Below are positions 1 to 16,990 of a DNA stretch of 64,000 nt, in pieces. Origin of the DNA: the human T2T-CHM13v2.0 reference genome, Homo sapiens; contig CP068257.2 in assembly GCA_009914755.4 (NCBI GenBank), positions 42,560,001 through 42,624,000 on the forward strand. The letters run 5' to 3'. Under the pieces are notes generated by a model. The model saw only the letters and a list, made by a program, of their open reading frames with translations. It made no database searches and was not told the origin of the DNA. The translations under genes and the position numbers were made by a program. The first letter of the stretch is position 1; each line of letters opens with the position of its first letter.

Positions 1-172
1 AGTAGCTGGGATTACAGGCACCCACCACCACACCCAGCTAATTTTTGTATTTTTAGTAGAGATGGGGTTTCACTATGCTGGCCAGGCTGGTCTTAAACTC
101 CTGACCTCAGGCAACCTGCCTGCCTTGGCCTCCCAAAGTGCTGGGATTGCAGGCGTGAGTCACCGTGCCCAG
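1..172 (-). mobile_element. Alu SINE (3' part, truncated by the window edge)
   Basis: Matches the Alu consensus in reverse orientation, ending in ...GTGAGTCACCGTGCCCAG. Confidence 0.85.
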
Positions 173-2802
173 ACAAATTAAGGCTCTTGAGACGAGGTCA
201 TCCTGGGTTATGCAGATGGACCCTGAATCCGACACTAGCACCCGTGTGGAAGGAACGAGAGGGAGATTTGGGGTCCGCAGAGGCAAACCACAGGAGGACG
301 GAGTCGGAGACTGGAGCACCGCGGCCTTGATCGGGGGACACCAGGGCTGCCGGCTGTGCCAGAAGGGGCTGAGGCTGGACCGGATTCTCTCCGAGTTCCC
401 AGAAGGAGCCAGTCCTGCCGACGCCTTGATGCTGGACTCTGGCCTCCAGAAATGTGCGAGGACAAACATCTGCGGTTTCTAGGCCCCGCCTGTGGTCCTC
501 TGTTGCAGCAGCCTGGACAGTCTGGACTGCCTGGACAGCATGCAGATGGGCTCTGCCCGCGGCTGCCCACGAGTTCCCACCGCCCGCCCGTCCGTGGGAG
601 AGCCAGTCCTCGTATGTGAAGCGTACCTGTATCCCTTTACTCCGCGTACACAGGTGCCTTTGTCACTTCTCCTTTGACCTGGCTGGCACATCTTACCGGT
701 TTCTGCGCTAACAATGAGTTGAAGGAAATCTTGAACGCGCGTTCATTTTATATCGGTATCAGAGTCTGTTTATTTCTTGTTGACACTAATCTTTGAGCAT
801 GAGTAGTTTAGTGATTGTGAAACAGAAACTTCTGGATACAAAATCAGTCTCCTGGCTGTGACCCAATCATCTTCGCAGTTCTGATTACCTGTGATTAAGA
901 AAATAAATAAGAACACCCATTGGGGGAAGGCTTCCCTCCCCCGGGCACAGCAGCTTTAAAACCGAAAGGGAAGTGGGTGCTGTGAGCAGCTCTGTTCAGG
1001 CCTAAGGCCACGCATGTGTGCCCCGTGGGGGAGACATGCACCAGCGAATCAGGAAACAGTGGTGACAGCCGTTCCGGGAGGCTGACTGGGGGTGCAGGGG
1101 TCACTTTTCTAATGTGGGTGGGTCTGTGTCCCCTGCAGGAACGTGGCTGCAGCAAAGCCGGTCAGCCAGCGGTCAGCTCCAGCCCCTGTCCAGGCCCTGT
1201 GGGTCCTGCTGACCAGGCTGCGGTTGTTCCCAAACCAGTTCCCAGCCCCCGCTTGCCCTACTTCCTCTCACACCAGCTCCTTCCACCCCCTCACACCCAC
1301 CTGCAGGCTCCCAGCCCAGGCTACTGACATCAATCATGGCAATCGCTATTCCAGAGGTATACGCGGTGGGTGGGGTCCGGTATCGCCTGCCATGCCTCAC
1401 TCACCGGGCACCCAGATAACCTGAGGCCAGGGAGCAGCCACTCGCCCTGACCCATGCTCCCCGGGCCCCTGAGGCACCCAGGAGGACCACCCGGCCGCTT
1501 CTGCTCAGAGCCCAGCACCCCCGAGTCTGTGAAGAGGTCACATCTGACCACGTTTCCAGGTGGCTGCCCAGGCGTGGGTTCATGGCCGCTTCCGGTTTCC
1601 TCCTCGAGCTGAACCACACACCTGCTCTGTCCCGGGCTTTCTGGAGGGGTTTTCCGAAGTGAGACTGTGGGCTCCCTCCAGGGCTGGGGGCAGGAGGACA
1701 CACGGGGAAGGTGGGCAAGCAGCCCCAGGCTGAGGGAGGCCTCCCCTCTGCAGCGTTTGTTCATTCATTTGTTCATCGCTAACACTGTCTTGGGCTTCAG
1801 GGAAAACAGGTGTCTCTGGTCCACATGCAGAAGAGCCACCACCGTGGCACGACTGGATGACTCAGACCCCGGGCGGGGGGTATGATTTGGACACAGTCAT
1901 TGTCCAGGGACACAACTTTGCCTGGACCAGAGCTTCTCACCCCCAGGCCATTTGAAACCCCAGGGGATACTCGACAAAGTCCAGAGACATTTTGGGTTGT
2001 TCCTTTCCAGCCCCGGCGATGGTGGGGACGTGTCCATGTCTGTGTCCCTCCGGTCACTCTCTCTGGCCCTCTCCCTCCCTGGGGGCAGCTGCTCTCAGCC
2101 CTCCCTGCCCCCACATCGCCATCCTGCCTGTCCTTCTGGGCCTGCACGTTTGTTGTGTTTGGAAGGAGCCACCAAGGAGGAGGATGTCAACGTGCAAGTT
2201 CTCAGGGAAGCAGGCCCCGCAGCCTCCGTCAGTGTCTTCCGTCCGCAGGAAGAACCCAGGCCTGGGTGATTCATCGGGGCCTCAGGGCCGGGAGGCACTA
2301 AATCTTCTGCAGATGTGGTAAGATCCTATCACAGCAGAAAGGGAAGGGCTAGAGTCTCAGGGAAGGTTTTGCTAGGGAGACGGGCTTGGAGGGGGCTGAG
2401 GCTCATGGGAGCTGCAAGGGTACAGGAGGGGAGGGGACCCCAGGGCAGGTGGATGGACACCTGGGTGGGTAAGAAAAGGGCCTCTCAGAGGGCAAGGGAG
2501 GGCCAGGGAGGGAGCAGTGAGCCCTGACTGACTGTACAAGCTTAACTGGCTGCCCTTGTCCTGCAGGTGGTGTGGGCTGTGTGGATTTCGGATGTGGGCC
2601 CATAACATAGCCACATTGCTGCAAAGCAAGTGAGTCTGAGGCAAGAAGAAGGCCCAACCTTGGGAGGCTGACCTGGAGGGCAGGCAGAGGCAGGTGGTAA
2701 GGACCTGCCTTACCTGTTGAGGTGACAGTGGGGGACATATTGCAAGGAAGGAGGCCCTGGATCCTCAGGATGTGGATGGTGGGTAGAAGGGTGACAGCTA
2801 AT

Positions 2803-3260
2803 GGATGTCCACCTGCACAGATGCCCACCTGCATGAGTGCCCACCTGCATGAGTGCCCACTTGTACCAATGTCCACCTGTACAGATGTCCACATGCAAAT
2901 GCCCATCTGCACTGATATCCACCTGCACAGATGCCTACCTGCATGAATACCCACTTGCCTGAAAGCCCACCTGCACCCATGTCCACTGGCACAAATGCCC
3001 ACCTGCACCCATGTCCACTGGCACAAATGCCCACCTGCACAGAAGCCCACCCACACAAATGCCCACCTGCAAAAATGTCCGCCTGCACAGATGTCCACCT
3101 GCATGAATGCCCACCTGTGTCCACATGCACGAATACCCACCTGCACAGATGCCCACCTGCACGGATGCCCACCTGTACAAAGGCCTACCTGCGTGAATGT
3201 CCACCTGCATGGATGCCCACCCGCACGGATGCCCACCTGCACAGTTATCCATCTGAACAG
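2803..3260. repeat. Minisatellite with a 16-bp unit (consensus about ATGCCCACCTGCACAG), about 28 copies
   Basis: Directly visible periodic repeat. It drives spurious long ORFs on both strands, for example the 294-aa ORF 2403..3287. Confidence 0.9.
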
Positions 3261-4865
3261 CCCTCTGGTGCCTCCTTTTGCTTGCACATGTTCAAATCCT
3301 CCCAGTCCTACAGTCGATTGTTCCTAGTTGGGGTCTTTCTGGGCATGTTATTCTAAAACTTGTTTTTTCCCGTCTCCACATCAAAGGAGAAAGGTCTAGC
3401 TTGCTTCTTTGCTATAGAGCAGGGCCTGAGTGAGGTCAGGACCACAGAGCAGACCCTATGAGTGTTGGTCAGGACACAGAGCAGGACCCCTTCAGGGTCT
3501 GGAAGAGGGTTCCCCAAGCTCCTGTTCAACCTGAGTGAGAGGCTCAGGCTGCCCCCAACACACTGCACAGAAAAATGGGCCATTGATTCAGAGCCACCCA
3601 CGCTAACAGCAGTTCAGCTGCAGCCCTCCGGCAGGCAGGTCCTGGGAACACTAGGAACCTGAGACCCTGTCCCTTCCTGATAGCGGGGTGTGGTGACATG
3701 AGGAGAGACTGGGTACCTCCATTCTGCTCATGAAAGTCACAGAGGGGACCGGGGACCCCAGGCCCCTAGCGATACCAGCACCCCACACAATGCCTTTCTG
3801 GGATACACCCCCCCAACACGGCCTGCCCAAGGCATCAGGAGCTGTGTAGAGGAGTCAGCTGGGGGTGGCAGAGCCCCAGGGAACAATCATGGGTCGCTGG
3901 CAGATGAGCCATGCGCCCACACAGCACAGGCCCTCACCCCTGCAGCTGGGGGAGCCCTCCTTGGGAGCGGGCCCAGGATCCGGGCAAAATGACACAGACC
4001 GGATCCAGGAGCAGACTGAGCAAAAGTGGCAAAAGTATTCTCCAGGTTAAGGGAATATTTTCACCAATTGAGAGACCAGCTGTCCCTCCAGACCCAAGGG
4101 TTCCACATCCCTGGAGGCAACCAAGCCAGATGCAAAATATTTGAAAAAGAAAAATGAAAAAAAGAACAATACAGCAATAAAAAAGAACACAAATAAAAAA
4201 TACAGTATAGCTATTGACAGAGCATTGTGTTGTGTTAGGTCTGATAAGTGATCTAGCAATGGTTTGCAGGATGCAGGAAGATGTGCGGGAGGGTGGGCAC
4301 AGGTGCTAGGCAGACACTGCGCCATTTTATTCTGGGGACTTCAGTATCTGCAGGGGTCCTGGGACTAATCCTCAAAGGATACCGAGGGACAACTTGATGT
4401 TATTATTTTATTTTATTTTAAAGACATGTCTTGCTATATTGCTCAGGCTGGTCTCAAACTCCTGGGCTCAAGTGATCCTCCTGCCTCTGCCTCCTGAGTA
4501 GCTGGGACTACAGGCATGAGCCACCATGCCTGACTTATGTTATGATTTTAAAAAGTAATCCATCAACCTGAAGAGAAGCCCACTGTCCTTCACCTTTGGA
4601 AGTTCCTACCCACCATGGGTAAGATTTCTGCATGGAGAGGCCCTGCTCCCCCAACCTCTCTCTTGAGTCCCCTGCTCAGCTGGCATTCCCCACCCACTGT
4701 GGAAGAACATTCTGGGTTTCTCCGTCAGCCCCAGGCCCACCCCTTGGGGAGATGACTGGTGACTTACATGTGTCTGTCTCTCCAGCTAGGCATGGTGCCA
4801 CAGCAGGGGGTGTGAATACTGCGGGCCACACATTCCCGGCACCCAGGACAGGAGCAAACAAAAGG

Positions 4866-5495
4866 ATAGATGGTTGGCTGGCTGGATGGATGAATGGAGG
4901 GAAGGAGGGAGGGATACAGGAATGGAGGGATGGAGGGATGGAGGGAGGGATGACGGAGGGAGGGATGGGTGGGTGGGAGGGATGGATAGATGGAAGGATG
5001 GAAGGAGGAGGGATGGATGGATGAAGGGAGGGAGGAATGGATGAATGGAGGGAGGGAGAGAGGGAGGGATGGACAAGAGGTAGGGAAGGATGGACGGGAG
5101 GGAAGAATGGAGGGATAGAAGGATGGAGGGAGGGAGGAATGGATGGATGGAGGGAGGGATGGATGGATGGAGGTAGGGAGGGAGGAATGGATGGATGGAT
5201 GGAGGGATGGATGGATGGAGGTAGGGAGGGAGGGATGGATGGATGGAGGTAGGGAAGGAGGAATGGATGGATGGATGGAGGGATGGATGGATGGAGGTAG
5301 GGAGCTAGGGATGGATGGATGGAGGGAGGGAGGGGGTGGATGGGAGGGAGGGATGGATGGATGGAGGGAGGGAGGGAGGGATGGACAGGAGGGAAGGATG
5401 GATGGATGGAGAGATGAGGGATGGATGGATGGAGGGATGGATGGATAGATGAAGGGAAGGAGGGAGGGAGGGAGGGATGAATGGATGGAAGGATA
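4866..5495. repeat. GGA/GGAT-rich minisatellite (GGATGGATGGAGGGAGGGA-type units), about 630 bp
   Basis: Directly visible. It produces a 275-aa artefactual ORF of 'SIHPSLPPS' on the minus strand. Confidence 0.9.
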
Positions 5496-5705
5496 CAGGA
5501 CACAAGGTCATAGGTTTGACAAATGTCACCTCCTCAGAAGCCTCCCTAACACTCACAGTTTGATAAGTCCCCTGTTTGATTCTCTCCCAGAGCCCAGGTC
5601 ACTCCAACACTGTCTGGTTTACCTGCCTTCTGCATGGCTTGCCCTCTGTCTCCAATTCCTGGAACAGGTCCCACCACCTGACACCTGACATCTGTCAGGG
5701 ACACA

Positions 5706-6468
5706 TGAATGTGGAATGGATGGATGGATGCCTGTGAATGAATGTGGGATGAGTGAAAAGTGAGTGAATATGGGATGAATGAATGAGCTAGTGAATGTGT
5801 GATGAATGTGTGAGTGAGAGAATGTGGGCTGAGTGAATGTGGGACGAATGAGTGAGTGAATGTGTGATGAATGTGTGAGTAAGTGAATGTGGGCTGAGTG
5901 AATGTGGGATGAATGAGTGAGTGAATGTGGGCCGAAAGAGTGAGTGAGTGAATGTGGGATGGATGAGTGAGTGAATGTGAGATGAATGGATGAGTGGGTG
6001 GGTGAATGTGGGATGAATGGGTGCGTGAATGTGGGATGAATGAATGAATGAGTGAATTTTGGATGAATGAGTGAGTGAATGTGGGATGAATGAATGAGTG
6101 AGTGACTGGGCTGAATGGTTGAGTGAATGTGGGATGAATGAATGAGTGAGTGACTGAAATGAATGGGTGAGTGAATGTGGGACGAATGAATGAGTGAGTG
6201 AATGTGGGATGAATTAATGAGTGAGTGAATGTGGGCTGAATGAACGAGTGACTGAATGTGTGATGAATGAGGGAATGTGTGTTGAAGGAATGACTGAATG
6301 TGAGATGAATGAATGAGTGGGTGAATGTGGGATGAATGAGTGAGTGAATGTGGGATGAATGAATGAATGTGTGATTTGGGATGAATGAATGAGTGAATGT
6401 GGCATGAATGAATGAGTGAGTGAATGTGGGATGAATGAGTGAGTGAATGTGGGATGAATGAATGAATA
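5706..6468. repeat. Minisatellite with a roughly 23-24-bp unit (GAATGTGGGATGAATGAGTGAGT-type), about 32 copies
   Basis: Directly visible. It produces a 287-aa artefactual ORF of 'HSLIHSSHIHS' on the minus strand. Confidence 0.9.
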
Positions 6469-6989
6469 CAAAGCCCCCCCACCCCCCAGGTGCTTCAGCA
6501 GAACAGTTTCATGGGAAAGGAGATGTCCTGGACCCTGGGCCTCATGAAGCCAACCTTGGGGCTTCAGCTGAGAGTGTTAAAAATAGAGACCGTTAAAAAA
6601 TTTTTTTTTAAAACAAACGAACGGAAATTCCCTTTATCAAAAGGAGTCACTGTCATTGAATTCAGAAAAGTTACATGTTCAGGAGCTGAGGGCCTTTTCT
6701 TGAAAATATAACACACCTCTCTGGGGGCTTCCCTGGGGACAGCCCGGGAGTGAGGCCAGCTGCTCGGGGAAGCTGAGGCTGACATGGGGGTCTGTGTCCA
6801 GGGTGGGTGGGGCCTTTGGAAAACAGTCATCCAACAGTCACTAAGAAAGACACTGACAATTCATTCATGGATTTTGCAAATAAACCATGGGCCCCACATA
6901 AAGGATTGTTATTTAAGGAAAATGCCCTTGGCCAATTTGTCCTGAGGATTTTTTGGACAAAACAGCATTTGTCAGCGTGGAACTTCTCA

Positions 6990-7327
<338 letters not shown>

Positions 7328-7974
7328 AATTTGGAGAAGGTTGTGGGCTCAGGGCTGGCCATGGGAGAGCAAGGAGTGGTAGGTGCGGCTAAGCAGGTGC
7401 TCCAAACAAAACACACCCCAAGCGCAGCCCTGATTTTAGAGTTCACAGTTTCTGTCGTGTAAATGCTCCATACTCCTGCTGTGGCCATTTGTAAGCTTCC
7501 AGCTAGTTCTCAACTAGCTGCAAAATTCTTGAATATTTAGTAATGGTTTCCACACCTGGGGCCCTGGGCAGGGCTGCACCAAGGTGAGGCCTGGGGAAGA
7601 CCCTCATGCTCCAGCAAGTGCAGCGTTGGCCCCAGGGGTGAGCATACCCCACGTTTTCCTCCCTGGCTTCCCAGATTGTCTCCCCTCACCCATTCTGGTG
7701 GTGGCCAACGTGGCTATTGCCATGGATCACAACCCCTGGCCAGACCATCCCATCCCCCTGGGCCTCTGGCTCCTTTCAGTAAAATCACGGTGGGACCCTG
7801 TCTGTCGCCATAAGACTGCTCCTGTGAGGTAACTGTTGGTCACTTCCTTTGGCCTGCCATTTGCACAGCACAGTGGTTCTTCTGAGTGAGTATAAGCTGG
7901 CTGCATGTTAGATGTACCTGGGTCCCACCCCACTGTCAGAGGTATTTGAACCAGAGTGACTCCATCTTAAATAG

Positions 7975-8712
<738 letters not shown>

Positions 8713-8796
8713 TAGCATGCTAAGAGACACTCTCACCAGCACCACGACAGTTTATAAATGCCATGGCAACATCAGGAAGTTACCCTATATTGTCTA

Positions 8797-9131
<335 letters not shown>

Positions 9132-9512
9132 TCAGTTTCAGGAATTGCCCACCCCTTTCCCGGAAAGCTCATGAATAATTTACCCCTTGTTTAGCATATA
9201 ATCAATAAATAACCGTAAAAATAGCCAACCAGCAGCCCATACTTCTGCTCTGCCTATGGAGTGGCCATTTTTCTTATTCCTTTACTTTCTTAATAAACTT
9301 GCTTTCACTTTATAAAATCGTCCCAAATTCTTTCTGGAAGGAGGTCCAAGTACCGTCTTGGGGTCTGGATTGGGATCCCTTTGTGGTAAAACAACCCTTC
9401 CGTAACTGCTGTTAATGGGAAAAAACAGACTCTAGAACATTTTACAGAGGTTTATTCTGAGCCTGTACATGTGACTGTGGCCTGGAGAGAAGCAAACCCA
9501 GGAAGCCTTGAG

Positions 9513-9650
9513 TGAGTCGCCCCGAGGCGGCCGGGTTACAGCTTGACTGAGTGGCCCCGAGGCGGCCGGGTTACAGCTTGACTGAGTGGTCCCGAGGCGG
9601 CCGGGTTACAGCTTGACTGAGTGGCCCCGAGGCGGCCGGGTTACAGTTTG
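9513..9650. repeat. Tandem repeat with a 35-bp unit, about 4 copies (CCCCGAGGCGGCCGGGTTACAGCTTGACTGAGTGG)
   Basis: Four near-identical units are directly visible. Confidence 0.85.
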
Positions 9651-9769
9651 GTTTTACTCATTTCAGGAAGACACAAGTTACAGGCCAAGACATAAATCAG
9701 AATGTGGAAGGTGCACACTGATTTGGCCTGAAAGGCAGGAGATCTTGGAGCGGGGTTTACAGGTCATAG

Positions 9770-10111
<342 letters not shown>

Positions 10112-10694
10112 TGATTGAAAGCGTGAAGCTTTGTCTACAGAGGTGAAGTCAGCTGGAAGGAAGGCTGGAATTAAGATGAGGGGTGTGGGGGCCGAGGCCC
10201 TTGGTTTGCAGATGAAGCCTTGTAGATTGCAGCCCTCAGAGAGAATAGATGGCAAATGTCCCTTTTCAGACCTTAAAGGTGTCAGGCCCTCAGTTAATCT
10301 CTCCTAGGTCTGGAAAGTACTAGAAGAGGAAGTCCTGGCTGCATTCGTGGAGATTCTCTATGGGTGCTAGTTTCTCTGAGAAAGGATGGTTCTGTGGGAC
10401 CCTTTCAAAATATGTCAAAGAAATATATTTTAAGGCAAAATATTCTCATTTCCTTCAGAGTCTGCTATCCGTCACGTGATGCTATACCAGAGTCAGGCTG
10501 GAATTTGGTGTCTTATTGCCACACAGAGTGTGTTCCATCCGTCTTAGGATCCTGATTTTAATGTCAGGGCTGGCCAGCTGTGCCTCAACTCTGAAAGGGA
10601 GGGTTGTGGCTGTAACCAGCAAAGGTCTGGCTGCTCACCGCTTAAAAAGAAGCCACGATGACAAGAGTGGGGCGTGATAGAAAGAGAGTGAGCT

Positions 10695-11027
<333 letters not shown>

Positions 11028-13785
11028 CTAGCAAGGGGGAGATTGGCCGGAATCCTTTCCAAAAATGGCCACTCTTCAATTTGTAGAGGGACGTGTAGAG
11101 GGGGTCTGGAATGCGGGAGAGGCAGGGGCCAGGAGGTGCCAGGTGACCTGCTCTGATGGCTTCTCTTGAGTTATTGTTCCATCTGTTACAGTAGGCAGCT
11201 GGTCAGACATGAGCAGGGCAGGAGAGGGCCCTCCCAACCAGGAATGTCAGGCGACCATCAGTGTTGGTCGGGTGGCTGTTAACTGTCTCTCTAAAATAAT
11301 AATTGGTCACAGCCAACGCCAGGGAAAGGCAGCCTCCCAACAGACAGAAAAATCCTTCCCCATAAGACCTCAGGCATTGGGTGAGTGGGCTCAAGCATGT
11401 GTATTAAAAGGCAAAATTGTGGAGTGTAACTGGTCTATGGCCTCCTAGGGACATTTGACAGGTAAGGGAACAACGCCTCAGGTAAGCAGGCGCGCAACTC
11501 CAGTAAACACATAGCGCGTGCTCCTCCCGAGGGCTGGCAGCCGCTGCACATGTGGACAGCCCACCCCAAGGGAAGAATCAGGGGAGAAGGCAGGCCAGAC
11601 CCCGGAAGCGTGCCAACATATAAAACCCCAAGTCGAAGGTCAAACCACACACCTGTCCTTCAAGTCACCTGCTTGGCCCCCTTCCAAGCGTCCTTTCCTT
11701 CCTTTCATTCCTGCTCTAAAGCTTTTTAATAAATGTCACTCCTGCTCTAAAACTTGTCTCGGTCTCTTCTTCTGCCTTCTGCCCCTTGGTCGAATTCTTT
11801 CTTCTGAGGAGGTGAGAATTGCGGCTGCCGCAGACCTGTACGGATTTGCCACCGATCACAGGTTTTGGTGCCGTGTCACTTGGATAACTTCCACCACAAA
11901 CACATCTGGTGAAGGGGCTGCGCCATCGCGGGTCGCCCCCAGATTAGAAATCAATCACAGTCAATCTTGCAGTGAGTCTTTAGCCAGGAGTAAGCTCTGG
12001 CCTCAAAGTAACCCGCCTGCTGGGGAAGGAATTCTGGAGATGCCTGGTTCGTCCCAGGATCTGGCCCCCAAAGCTTCTAGGAAATAGATGACCAGACAGG
12101 TGAGCATGGTGTGCACTCAGCAAGCATCCAGATAAACAAATGTGCACAGGGCCCGGGAGCTGCAGGTGGGAGAGGGAAGGCAGTAGGCTCACAGCTTGCT
12201 CCCAGGCTGGATTTCAAGATGAAAGGAAGCACATCTGTAGTTTGCTCAAAGCCATGTCTTGAGACTGGGGAGAAAGGAGGAAAGAAAGGCCGTGTTAAAA
12301 CACAGTTCGAAGCTGAGCTGCTCGGTGACATAACGAGGCCTGTGCGACCACCCAGGAGGAGGTTTTTCAGGCTTCTCTGGGGTGGACATGGCCAAGCGGG
12401 GGTCACTTCAGTTGGCTGGGGACTTCGGGTTTTATTTTTGGTTTACACTGGCCTGGGATGGAACTGGGCAGTTCTAATGTGACTGGGTGTGTACTGGTGG
12501 CTTCACTCACCCAGGGCAGGCAGGCACCTGGAACCACGACTCAGAAAGAGGCAGGAAGGTGGAGTGAGAAGATGGAGCTATTAGGGGCGTGGCAGGGGCA
12601 GGTCAATCACCCTGAGGCTTCGGGGAGTTTCCTGGTCTCCGGAAGGGCAGTGTGCTCACCCTCCCCTGTGCATGGTGTTGTTAAGAGTGTTATCAGGAGT
12701 GTCTGCTGAGCTGTGACTTTGCTGTGCCATGCAAATACTCACAGGCAGCACTACTGTCAGGAAGATGGAGGCTGGGCCGGGAGGCTTGCTTTCAAGGCCA
12801 CGAGTGTCAAACCCACAAACTGCAGAGCAGAACAGCCTTGGCCAAGCAGATGAGGAGGGCCTCATCCTCCATCTCCCGCCACCATCCTCTTCCCAACTGA
12901 AGTCAGAGGCGGGGAGGTGGGAAGTCCTGTCAGAGGCAGGGAGGTGGGACGCCCTGGGCCAGACAGATGATCCAAAGCCCTTGGTTTTAGGTACCATCTC
13001 TTCGATGTTTCTTGGCTGAGTAAACCAGCCCAATCTCTTTTTTATAAAATGAGACCACAGGTTGGCCTGAGAATGGAGAGGAGTGAGGAATCTAGCTGTT
13101 CTGGGGCCCCGGGCTGTTCAGAATCCATTGTAAACCATTGGAAAGCAGGTTTGTGTATTTGTTTAACTGCATCTTGTGGCTGGTCATTGTCTCTGTCTAA
13201 GCTCTCACCCAGCCCGGCTGCCTTCCCTGAGTCCCCACCTGACCTGCACAACTGCTGAGGACGAAAGCCTGTGTCCCCGACATGCACGGGAGAGCAGTGT
13301 CTTCCCAGGCCCTAGAGTGCCTGGCTGTGTGGGCAGCCCCAGGGCACAGTCTTCTAAAGAACCTCATTGAGGGTCGGGGGTTGGGGGAGTGGGCTCCAGG
13401 GTCCACTCCCAACCTTACAGCTTTTACCTCCGGAATCCCCAGGCTTCTGTCAGGAGGGTGCCTGAGTGGCTTACAACAAGAACTTTGCCTATCCCTTTAC
13501 TGTTTGCAAAACACCATCTCAAAAATCAGTCAACATGGATTCCAAGTTTTGCCTTAGGCCACACTGGATGGAGTTGCCCCCGGCTGGAAGACAGGACCTT
13601 TATCCCCAGTGCCACAGGAGGATTCCCCTGTGTGGCCTCCCCACCGGCTGTGCCCTAAGATCAGTGCTGTGTGCACAGCCCAGCAGAGGAGCCCAGGAGA
13701 CTCCAGCAGGCAGGGAGCTGCTGCCCCAGGAGCACATTCCAGCATCTGGAAACACCTCCCACTGCAGCTGCAGGGGAAGTGCCTG

Positions 13786-13900
13786 GAAGAGAAGGAAAAG
13801 AAAGAGGAGGAGGAGGAAGAGGAGGAGGAGGAGGAAGAGGAGGAGGAGGAGGAAGAGGAGGAGGAGGAGGAAGAGGAGGAGGAGGAGGAAGAGGAGGAGG
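13786..13900. repeat. Purine-rich (GAGGAG/GAGGAA)n microsatellite
   Basis: Directly visible. It creates poly-Glu, poly-Lys/Arg and poly-Leu artefact ORFs such as 13609..14247. Confidence 0.9.
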
Positions 13901-14843
13901 GTCGTGCCCACGCTCATGGCAAGCGTCACCCTGGAGCTTTCTGTCTCAGTCCAAGCACATCCACCTGCCCTTCCTCACTGCATTCTCCCAGGGGCCCCTG
14001 GCTGCACACAGGCATGGCCTGCATTTGCATAGAGGTTCTGGGCCCTTGGTGGAGGGCCTGGCCTGCCCCATCTTGGGTCCTGGCCCAGTGTTGTGGCTGC
14101 CAACCTGCCCTCAGAGCTTCACGGGAACCAAGGGCTCAGGCTCTGAGTGGAGTCCGGGTGGGCCTGGGCAGCCTTTGCCGGAGAGGCTCCTTCCTGACAT
14201 GGCTCTGCTGGAGGAGAAAGTGTCAGTTCCTCTCTCAGGCCCTGTAGACAGGTGTCCAGGTAGACAGGAAGTTCCAGAGGTGATTTTAGCTCAGTCTGTT
14301 ACTTTTCTTCTGGCAGGCTGGCTTTACTGTGGTTGTCCCTGTGGCCGTTGGCTGATGTTGCTGAAATTCCAGGGCTCTGGAGTGTCCACATGTCCACGGG
14401 ATGGGAAGCCTGTTGCAGACCAGCCACCACGTCCCTGCGGCTCAGGACCACGCTCCTGAAGCCCAGAGTCCTGCCCTGGGAGCAGGTCTCAGTCAGGACT
14501 GACTCCTGAGAAGAATGAGAGGGGAAGTGCCTCCAGGCCGGGATGCCAGCTATAGCAGCGCCCTCCAGCAACGTCCTGGAGGAAGCACCTCATTCGTGCC
14601 AAACTCACTGATTCTAATTCGTCATCGTGATTCTTCACAATGAAGAAAAACTCCAAGCCAGTGCCTTCCTGGGGCATGGCAGGCCTCCCTCTGGTCTGAG
14701 CAGGCAGCTGTGCCCAGACCTGGGCTCTTCCGAAGGCATGTGACTCCCTTGCACACAGCCGGGTTCTGCTTGATGCTTCTTCACGGTGGAGGCAGAGAAG
14801 TTCCCGGGGTTACCCCATCGTCGATAATTTCATCGTTGATACT

Positions 14844-15426
<583 letters not shown>

Positions 15427-15645
15427 TGAATTCTGGGTTCAGGAAAAAGGGATATGGGTAATGTGTAAAAGAAGAAAAAAATACAGATGATTTGGTTAAA
15501 AGCAATTCGATCAAACACAAATTACTCAAAAGGATTTCTTGGCAGAAATGAGATTATTTGAACAATAATGTTCGACAATATCCAATCTCTATCTGGTAAT
15601 TATCTGGATTTATCCAACCATAGGGTATTATTTCTAAATACCTAA

Positions 15646-15969
<324 letters not shown>

Positions 15970-15987
15970 AATTGACAAATTATTTTT

Positions 15988-15989
<2 letters not shown>

Positions 15990-16025
<36 letters not shown>

Positions 16026-16303
16026 CGGAGTCTCGCTCTGTCACCCAGGCTGGAGTACAGTGGTGCCATCTCGGCTCACTGCAAGCTCCGCCTCCCAGGT
16101 TCACACACCATTCTCTTGCCTCAGCCTCCTGAGTAGCTGGAACTACAGGCGCCCGCCACCACGCCCGGCTAATTTTTTGTATTTTTAGTAGAGATGGGGT
16201 TTCACCGTGTTAGCCAGGATGGTCTCGATCTCCTGACCCTGTGATCTGCCCGCCTCGGCCTCCCAAAGCACTGGGATTACAGGCGTGAGCCACCGCACCG
16301 GCC
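15990..16303 (-). mobile_element. Alu SINE (T32 head)
   Basis: Alu consensus in reverse orientation. Confidence 0.95.
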
Positions 16304-16317
16304 TGTTTTTAATTTTT

Positions 16318-16628
<311 letters not shown>

Positions 16629-16768
16629 TAGCATATAAAATATGACTTAATTGTGGATTTTTATAGTTATGGACCCTAATGGGCATAATGAAAGTTATGT
16701 ATGGAAGCACACCTCAGAGCAAAAATACTTAGAGTGAACCATGGTAATAAGGCTTCAGAGTCCTTTAT

Positions 16769-16990
16769 TTATGTATTTATTTATTTGAGACGGCGTCTCA
16801 CTCTGTTGTCCAGGCTGGAGTACAGTGGCACAATCACAGCTCACTGCAGCTTCGACTTCTCAGGTTCAATGGATCCTCCCGCTTCAGCCTCCTGAGTAGC
16901 TGGGACTACAAGTGTGCGCCACCATACCCGGCTAATTTTTTAAAAATGTTTTACAGAGATGGGGTCTCACCATGTTGCCCAGGCTGAGAT
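16769..16990 (-). mobile_element. Alu SINE (partial)
   Basis: Alu consensus in reverse orientation, truncated. Confidence 0.85.

Noticed and set aside
2403-3287. 294-aa minus-strand ORF (VQVGICAGGH repeats)
   Set aside because: It is a periodic translation of the 16-bp minisatellite. It has low complexity, no start or splice context, and is mirrored by plus-strand ORFs over the same repeat.
4396-4540. Possible additional Alu-like fragment (GGCTGGTCTCAAACTCCTGGGCTCAAGTGATCC...GAGCCACCATGCCTGAC)
   Set aside because: It is only about 140 bp with monomer-like (FLAM/FRAM-type) similarity. It is too short and diverged to call confidently, so it is not listed as a feature.
4676-5503. 275-aa minus-strand ORF (SIHPSLPPS repeats), with plus-strand [13 protein letters not shown]s
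   Set aside because: Artefact of the GGA/GGAT minisatellite.
5619-6482. 287-aa minus-strand ORF (HSLIHSSHIHS repeats)
   Set aside because: Artefact of the 23-bp minisatellite.
13609-14459. 212-aa and 262-aa plus-strand ORFs with poly-Glu and poly-Gly/Arg stretches
   Set aside because: Driven by the (GAGGAG)n microsatellite at 13786-13900 in three frames. There is no coding signature outside the repeat.
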